Assembly (NCBI RefSeq): GCF_000619845.1
Contig: NZ_JHUX01000007.1
Location: 1 to 32,000 of the forward strand
DNA length: 32,000 nt
Source of the DNA: Alkanindiges illinoisensis DSM 15370
Lineage (GTDB): Bacteria > Pseudomonadota > Gammaproteobacteria > Pseudomonadales > Moraxellaceae
Reading direction: 5' to 3'
Program-made: the position numbers and the translations under genes
The notes under the pieces: model-generated
Database searches by the model: none
Told to the model about the DNA's origin: nothing
What the model saw: the letters and a program-made list of their open reading frames with translations, nothing else
Part shown: one piece after another, positions 26,560-32,000 of the stretch
How positions within the stretch are numbered: position 1 is the first letter of the stretch
How the letters are laid out: every line of letters begins with the position of its first letter

Positions 26560-26599
26560 CATAATATTTATTGACAATAGGTATTGTCAAAATTATAGT
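26560..26599 (+). promoter_or_regulatory. Near-consensus sigma70 promoter overlapped by operator O2 (TTGACAATA-gg-TATTGTCAA)
   Basis: -35 TTGACA (26571-26576), a 17 bp spacer, and -10 TATAGT (26594-26599). A perfect 9-2-9 palindrome at 26571-26590 covers the -35 and the spacer. A degenerate overlapping copy, CATAATA-tt-TATTGAC, lies at 26560-26575. Confidence 0.65.
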
Positions 26600-26659
26600 G
26601 CTTAACCATGTAGCAGGTTTTCTTCGACACCGTGTACGGTTTAACCAGGAAAGTTCAGT

Positions 26660-27502
26660 ATGAAAGATTTTAACAATAAAGTGGCGGCCATTACTGGCGC
26701 AGGTTCAGGGATTGGTCAGCAGCTTGCCATATTACTGGCCAAACAGGGCGCACACCTGTCCTTGAGCGATATCAACGAGCAGGGACTGGCTAAAACCGTT
26801 GAGCTGGTCAGCAGCTACCCGGTTAAAGTCACCACGACCAAGCTGGACGTATCCAGCCGTGACGGGATCAAGGCCTGGGCTGAACAAACTGTACAGGATC
26901 ATGGCAAGGTAAACCTGATTTTCAACAATGCTGGCGTTGCGCTAGGCAGTACTGTTGAAGGCATGAGCTATGAAGAACTGGAATGGCTGATGGGCATTAA
27001 CTTCTGGGGTGTGGTATATGGCACCAAAGAATTTTTACCCCATCTGAAAGCCAGCGGTGACGGCCACATCATTAATATTTCCAGCCTGTTTGGCCTGACT
27101 GCCCAGCCAACCCAAAGTGCTTACAATGCCAGTAAATTTGCCGTACGTGGCTTTACCGAAGCCTTGCGTCAGGAGCTGGACATTCAAAACAATGGCGTGA
27201 GTGCTACCTGTGTGCATCCGGGCGGTATCCGTACCAACATTGCCAATGCAGCACGCATGAACGACAGTATTCGTAGCCTGGGCATGAACCCGGAAAAAGC
27301 TGGTAAGCAGTTTAACAAGCTGCTGCGTACGCCACCTGAAGAAGCCGCGCGCCAGATTCTGGAAGCAGTTCGCAATAATGACCGACGCCTGCTGATTGGT
27401 AATGATGCCAAAGTACTGGAACTGATCCAGCGTATCATGCCAGCTGGCTATCAAAAGGTGGTGGCATTTGGGACTAAGCTGCAACAGCGTGGTGCCAAGT
27501 AA
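26660..27502 (+). CDS. Short-chain dehydrogenase/reductase (classical SDR) oxidoreductase
   Basis: 280 aa. Cofactor motif TGAGSGIG, NNAG, and catalytic S...YNASK. The RBS is aggaaag. Confidence 0.9.
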   Translation: MKDFNNKVAAITGAGSGIGQQLAILLAKQGAHLSLSDINEQGLAKTVELVSSYPVKVTTTKLDVSSRDGIKAWAEQTVQDHGKVNLIFNNAGVALGSTVEGMSYEELEWLMGINFWGVVYGTKEFLPHLKASGDGHIINISSLFGLTAQPTQSAYNASKFAVRGFTEALRQELDIQNNGVSATCVHPGGIRTNIANAARMNDSIRSLGMNPEKAGKQFNKLLRTPPEEAARQILEAVRNNDRRLLIGNDAKVLELIQRIMPAGYQKVVAFGTKLQQRGAK

Positions 27503-27586
27503 GGCTTGAATCAGCAAAATTTGAATCAGCTTTGAAATACAGCTAACACCGGTTGAAGCAGGGCTAAACCAGTGTAAATAAAAAAA

Positions 27587-27616
27587 GGCAGCATAGCTTA
27601 GTATGCTGCCTTTTTA
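27587..27616 (+). terminator. Rho-independent terminator after the SDR gene
   Basis: Stem ggcagcata/tatgctgcc followed by T5. An upstream A-run makes it potentially bidirectional. Confidence 0.85.
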
Positions 27617-28044
27617 CATTAACATTCATGCGCGGTGACAGCCATAGAAGCCCTGTTAAGCCAGTCTTCTAAGACCAAATGCCAATGTTGAGCAGACAGT
27701 GTTGTGGTTAAAATCATATTTTTAACAGGCATTAGGATAAAAACTGCTCATAACTGTTAAGTTTTACTCAAACAGTTCAAAAAAAATTAAATTAAAGTAA
27801 AAAATTAAGCAATTGAGCATTTAAACTATTGTCATAGGTGATTTATAAGTTGAATATATATTCGCTTTTTGCTTGATATACTTCTTCAAGTAACAAAGGG
27901 GAAAAGATCAATTAAACTGATCTGATTTCAAATGCTTGAAAATTAGGTGGGTTGAGGCGTTAAACATTATGACAAGTGTCGATGATAAAAGTAGATGCTT
28001 GCATATCTGTCAATCAAGCCAGTTAATCAAATAGCGAGTCATTC

Positions 28045-28076
28045 AAATCAGTGGTGACTTAAAGCACTACTGATTT
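28045..28076. promoter_or_regulatory. Inverted repeat just upstream of the second TetR gene (candidate auto-operator or 5'-UTR hairpin)
   Basis: aaatcagtggtg-N8-cactactgattt: 12 nt arms with one mismatch (a G-U pair in RNA). It ends 9 nt before the RBS agggaggg. Confidence 0.35.
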
Positions 28077-28100
28077 AAATAACTAGGGAGGGTTATTGTT

Positions 28101-28694
28101 ATGCGCAAGCAGCCACAGCAAAAACGGGCCAGAGAACTGGTCAACCGGATTTTAAAAGCCACTGAAAACTATATTGGCTTGCATGGTCTTGAAGACTTAA
28201 CGACTCCCAAGATTTCTGAACATTCTGGTATTAGCGTTGGGTCTATTTACCAGTATTTCAGCAATAAGCAGGAAATTATTGAAAGCCTGCTGGAATATAA
28301 AAGCCACGAGCTTGGACAGGATTTTAAGCAGTTTGTGCTGTGTCACAGTTTTCCGGATTTAAAAAGCATGATTACGGCCAGTATTGATTTTGGCTTCGAA
28401 CAGCTCCAGGCCAACAATGGCTATTACCTTGAAATTCTGCGTCACTGGCACAGCTTAAATGGCCAAAAATCCATACAAATTCTGCAAACGCATTTTTCAG
28501 AACTATGCATGTACATTCTAGGCAAGTTTTATACCGGACAACATCCGGAACGTCTGGAGCTTAAGGTATTTATTGTGGTCAACAGCACAATCCAAACCAT
28601 CATGAGCTATTGCTCGCAGGGCATCAATAAATATAGTGAACAGGACATCAAGCAGGAGCTGACCGAGATGATTACAGGCTATCTGGAAAAATAA
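28101..28694 (+). CDS. TetR/AcrR family transcriptional regulator
   Basis: 197 aa. The N-terminal HTH is TTPKISEHSGISVGSIYQYFSNKQEI. It has a strong RBS and is visibly AT-richer than the window average. Confidence 0.85.
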   Translation: MRKQPQQKRARELVNRILKATENYIGLHGLEDLTTPKISEHSGISVGSIYQYFSNKQEIIESLLEYKSHELGQDFKQFVLCHSFPDLKSMITASIDFGFEQLQANNGYYLEILRHWHSLNGQKSIQILQTHFSELCMYILGKFYTGQHPERLELKVFIVVNSTIQTIMSYCSQGINKYSEQDIKQELTEMITGYLEK

Positions 28695-28724
28695 AAAAGC
28701 TGACTAAAACACAGCCAGCTTTTT
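28694..28724. terminator. Probable bidirectional terminator between the convergent TetR and SPOR genes
   Basis: aaaaagctg...cagcttttt stem with A/T-run flanks on both sides. Confidence 0.55.
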
Positions 28725-28748
28725 AAATAGGGTATTACGTGGTTTGAT

Positions 28749-29402
28749 TTACTTGCGTTGTTCCACCACCAGTGAATCAATCCCGCTGTTTTGCAGCAGG
28801 CTTTGGGCATTCAAGGCTTCGGCGCGGTTGGCAAATGGCCCGGAAACTACCCGGAACCAGGTTGAACCATCGGCCAGCGTGCTTTGACGCACATCGGCAG
28901 GCAAGCCTACCAGCAGGATTTCAGCGCGTCGTGCGTCGGCATCATCCGGATTCTGGTAGCTGTTCACTTGCAGAATATACTGTGGCAGGGTGGCCGTGGT
29001 GATTTCTACCGGGTCACTGTGATCCGCATTAATATCATCTGGGACAGTGGGCTCAACAGCAGGGGTACTGGGCGTTGCAACAATGATATTGTCCGCCGCG
29101 TTGTTGGGATTGGCAGGTACGGCTTCATCCGGCACAGGCGTGACTTGTTGCTTGGGCAGCAAATCGTAGAACTGGTAGTCCTTGTTGGTTTCATCCGCAC
29201 TGGATTCGGTCGATGTTGTCCGGGTCGCGTCAATGGGCCGATTGGCAGGACGCCAGGGTTGCCATAAATACAGCAGCACCATAATAAACAGCCCCAACAG
29301 CATGCCAAAAATCATCCATAACCATCCGGGGATCAATTTCTGGTTGCTGGGTTCTTTAACCGGTGGACGCTGGGTCGCGCCCCGTGGAGCTTTGCCAAAC
29401 AC
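28749..29402 (-). CDS. SPOR-domain cell-division protein (FtsN/DedD-like)
   Basis: Short cytoplasmic N-terminus, one TM helix (WLWMIFGMLLGLFIMVLLYLW), a Pro/Thr-rich linker, and a C-terminal SPOR domain (YILQVNSY...WFRVVSGPF..R.EA). The start is GTG with RBS gaggaa. It sits downstream of argS, as I recall for Pseudomonas. Confidence 0.85.
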   Translation of the reverse strand: MFGKAPRGATQRPPVKEPSNQKLIPGWLWMIFGMLLGLFIMVLLYLWQPWRPANRPIDATRTTSTESSADETNKDYQFYDLLPKQQVTPVPDEAVPANPNNAADNIIVATPSTPAVEPTVPDDINADHSDPVEITTATLPQYILQVNSYQNPDDADARRAEILLVGLPADVRQSTLADGSTWFRVVSGPFANRAEALNAQSLLQNSGIDSLVVEQRK

Positions 29403-29452
29403 AGTCTATTCCTCAATGAACAACTATTTTTCTAACCCAAAATCGGGATTTC

Positions 29453-29653
29453 TGGTCTTGCGGCAAGGTGAAGCAGGGCTTCATTATTCTTGCCGTTTTA
29501 CATCGCTATCTCAGGCATAGCCTTCAGTCTTGCGACCATGCTCTATGCCTTGTGAATGGGCAGATGAGGCATGTATGCCGCAAGACGAAGTGGTTTTGCT
29601 AATCCATTCTCATTACATGGCCATCTCAGGCATAGCCTTCGATCTTGCAGCGA
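29453..29653. repeat. Cluster of direct and inverted repeats in the argS-SPOR spacer
   Basis: A direct repeat of about 36 bp at 29498-29533 and 29613-29648 has an 18 bp perfect core, atctcaggcatagccttc. An 11 bp inverted repeat pairs gtcttgcggca (29453-29463) with tgccgcaagac (29577-29587). The ggcata/tatgcc and tcttgc motifs occur several times. Confidence 0.6.
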
Positions 29654-29671
29654 TACGAAACAATGTTTCGC

Positions 29672-31477
29672 CTACATCGCTTCAGGTGCGGAGACGCCCA
29701 ATAAAGATAACCCATTTTTAAGCACTTGTTGTACGCAATATGCTAATAACAGACGAGCTTTAGCCAGTTCAGGCTGTTCTGCAAAAATCTTGATAATCGG
29801 GTGGGTGTCATACCAGCCATGTAACTGTCCGGCCAGCTCTTTTAAGTAATTGCCCAGTTGATGTGGTTCATACTGCTGGGCAGCCCGGGCCAGTACATCA
29901 GGATAAGCCGCCAGCTTAGTAATCAGTTCACTTTCTGCCTCACTGGTAAGCTGGGCTTTATGTGCATTTAATTCATCAAACTGAATTTCGCCGAGCTGGC
30001 TGCTAAAATTATTGAACAGCCTGCAAATCCGCGCGTGCGCATACTGAATGTAGTACACCGCATTGTCCTTGCTTTGCGACACGGCAAGATCAAGGTCAAA
30101 GTCAATATGCTGCTCGCTCTTGCGCATTACATAATAAAAACGTGCTGCATCGTTGCCCACTTCTTCACGCAATTCACGCAAGCTGACAAACTGGCCAGAA
30201 CGCGATGACATTTGCACCATTTCACTGCCACGCCACAGGCTGACAAACTGTACCAGCAGCACGGTGAGCTTTTTGGAATCAAAACCCAGTGCATCAATGG
30301 CCGCTTTAACCCGGCTAATATAACCGTGGTGGTCAGAACCCCAGATGTTAATCACTTCATCAAAGCCACGCTGGAACTTATTCAAGTGATAGGCAATGTC
30401 AGCAGCAAAATAAGTGGTCTGGCCATTGGCACGCTTGACCACACGGTCTTTTTCATCGCCAAAATTAGTGGACTTAAACCAGATATTGCCATCTTTCTCA
30501 TACAAAAAGCCATTTTGATCCAGTACTTCCAAGGCTTCGGTGATTTTGTCCTTTAAGGTGGCTTCACTAAACCACTGGTCAAAGGTTACGCCAAAATCAG
30601 CCAGGTCGTCCTTGATGTCATCCAGAATCACCTGCAATGCAGTCTGGTGAAACAGCCGATAATCCTCTGCACCCAGCAATTGCTGTGCGTTATGGATCAG
30701 GCCATCAATATGTTTTTCCTTGTCGCCGGACAGCAGCACCTTGTTGCCATCTTTGTCCAGTTCCGCAGCATACTCGGCGTCACTGGGCACATTGGCAAAC
30801 AGCGCATCTACCGGGCGGTTAAACTGGTTGCCATACTGATCAAAAATTTTCTGGGCAATATCTTCGGTCACATACGCGCCACGATAGCCATTGGAAGGAA
30901 ACGTCAGGCTTTGGCCGCACAATTCCAGATAGCGTAAAAAGGTACTGGTGGCCAGAATATCCATCTGGCGACCGGCATCATTGACATAATATTCGCGCTG
31001 TACCGTCCAGCCAATTGCTTCAAGCAGGTTAGCCACCGTCATGCCATAAGCAGCACCCCGGCCATGTCCCACATGCAGGCTGCTGGTCGGGTTGGCGGAC
31101 ACAAATTCAACCTGTGCTTTTTTGCCATTAAACTGCTGGCTGCGGCCAAACTGGCTGGTTTGCGCAATAATTTGATCCAGCACGGCAAAACGCTGGTCAT
31201 CATTTAAAAAGAAATTAATAAAACCGGGGCCTGCAATTTCAGCCTTGCTGATTACATCCACCTGCGGCAGGGCAGTCAGTATTTTTTCGGCCAGATCACG
31301 CGGTTTTAAACCTGCAACCTTGGCGGCAATCATGGCCACATTGGAGGCAAAATCACCATGACTACGATCACGGGTTCGGCTCAAGCTGCTATTGTTTTGA
31401 AAGTCCTGTGGCAAAACGCCCTGCTGTTTCAGGCTATCGATGGCAGTATCAAGTGCGGATTGGATCGCAGTGTTCAT
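29672..31477 (-). CDS. argS: Arginine--tRNA ligase
   Basis: 601 aa. HIGH-type motif (SANPTSSLHVGHGRGA), MSSRSG (the KMSKS equivalent) and a DALR anticodon-binding C-terminus. Collinear with E. coli ArgRS. Confidence 0.97.
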   Translation of the reverse strand: MNTAIQSALDTAIDSLKQQGVLPQDFQNNSSLSRTRDRSHGDFASNVAMIAAKVAGLKPRDLAEKILTALPQVDVISKAEIAGPGFINFFLNDDQRFAVLDQIIAQTSQFGRSQQFNGKKAQVEFVSANPTSSLHVGHGRGAAYGMTVANLLEAIGWTVQREYYVNDAGRQMDILATSTFLRYLELCGQSLTFPSNGYRGAYVTEDIAQKIFDQYGNQFNRPVDALFANVPSDAEYAAELDKDGNKVLLSGDKEKHIDGLIHNAQQLLGAEDYRLFHQTALQVILDDIKDDLADFGVTFDQWFSEATLKDKITEALEVLDQNGFLYEKDGNIWFKSTNFGDEKDRVVKRANGQTTYFAADIAYHLNKFQRGFDEVINIWGSDHHGYISRVKAAIDALGFDSKKLTVLLVQFVSLWRGSEMVQMSSRSGQFVSLRELREEVGNDAARFYYVMRKSEQHIDFDLDLAVSQSKDNAVYYIQYAHARICRLFNNFSSQLGEIQFDELNAHKAQLTSEAESELITKLAAYPDVLARAAQQYEPHQLGNYLKELAGQLHGWYDTHPIIKIFAEQPELAKARLLLAYCVQQVLKNGLSLLGVSAPEAM

Positions 31478-31612
31478 AAGTGATTAAAATGCAAAAACGG
31501 AAAGCTGCACAATATAGCAAATTTGCAGTAAAAAAGGGCAGCCTCGTCCGACAGGCCTATAAAACTCATCTTATATTAGTAATAAAATAGATATATCTTT
31601 TTAGAAAAATAA

Positions 31613-31657
31613 TGCTATAGTGCCCAAGCAATCTCTCAATTGCCGTAAACGTTTACG
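31613..31657 (+). promoter_or_regulatory. Extended -10 promoter (TGcTATAGT) followed by the 14 bp perfect palindrome CGTAAACGTTTACG
   Basis: TG at 31613-31614 and TATAGT at 31616-31621. The palindrome at 31644-31657 ends 44 bp before the DUF2798 ATG. Its core, AAACGTTT with a central CG, is typical of LacI/GalR-family operators. Confidence 0.35.
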
Positions 31658-31700
31658 TGAATCAACGTATTAATGATTAAAGCGGTTAAGGAGCATTAAA

Positions 31701-31988
31701 ATGATGTCAAACCCAAAAAAACCAGTGATGCTAAATTCTTCATCAAAATTTAAAAAATTACCTGCGCGTTATATGGCTGTTGTCATGCCACTGATTCTAT
31801 CCGGCATGATGAGTGCCGTGGTGTCGCTCATCAGCACCCTAAAAAGCCTAGGGCTACAACCTGATCTGCCAGGAATCTGGTTGGGTACCTGGCTGATTTC
31901 ATGGATTGTGGCATTTCCCACGGTGCTTATTGTACTGCCGATTGCGCGGCGCTTTGCCTTACTGTTTGTGCAGGCGCCGCAACCTTAA
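31701..31988 (+). CDS. DUF2798 family small membrane protein
   Basis: 95 aa with two TM helices and the pattern (P.R....MPL.LS..MS...S...) followed by W......AFP........P. The RBS is aaggag. The family assignment is from memory of the DUF2798 signature. Confidence 0.6.
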   Translation: MMSNPKKPVMLNSSSKFKKLPARYMAVVMPLILSGMMSAVVSLISTLKSLGLQPDLPGIWLGTWLISWIVAFPTVLIVLPIARRFALLFVQAPQP

Positions 31989-32000
31989 GCCAGGAGCCAG

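Noticed and set aside
27969-28034. 21-codon ORF (MTSVDDKSRCLHICQSSQLIK) with a possible RBS upstream of the second TetR gene
   Set aside because: Short ORFs like this arise easily by chance and I cannot test conservation. It is mentioned under the AT-rich region finding but not called as a gene.

Overview
This is a chromosomal segment of a gammaproteobacterium. The gene order (ribF-ileS-lspA-fkpB, dapA-bamC-like-purC, phoB-phoR, argS-SPOR) looks Pseudomonadales/Moraxellaceae-like, but I cannot fix the taxon from sequence alone. The window opens in the tail of an rRNA operon (5S rRNA and two terminator hairpins). It then runs through mostly housekeeping genes: tRNA-Gly(GCC), dapA, purC, ileS, lspA, ribF, phoBR and argS. 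From about 10.2 to 23.5 kb all genes are on the minus strand. I see no CRISPR array, transposase, integrase, phage genes or recognisable defence genes. The non-core content is where the interest lies. (1) A divergent pair, a long heme-oxygenase-like diiron (HDO) protein and an NPPY-type N-methyltransferase, sits between a TetR gene with an unusual N-terminal tail and an SDR gene. (2) An orphan, translationally coupled pair, a stand-alone condensation/PapA5-like HxxxDG acyltransferase and a clavaminate-synthase/TauD-like Fe(II)/2OG dioxygenase, lies next to the rRNA operon with no NRPS or carrier protein in the window. (3) An identical palindromic operator, GACAATA-N2-TATTGTC, occurs in front of two unlinked genes, an HSL-family esterase and an SDR oxidoreductase, which implies a small regulon. 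(4) The argS-SPOR spacer is densely repeat-structured. (5) Two DUF445 membrane-protein paralogs sit in tandem. All functional calls come from reading motifs in the translated ORFs and from synteny. No database search was possible, so family assignments need HMM/BLAST confirmation.
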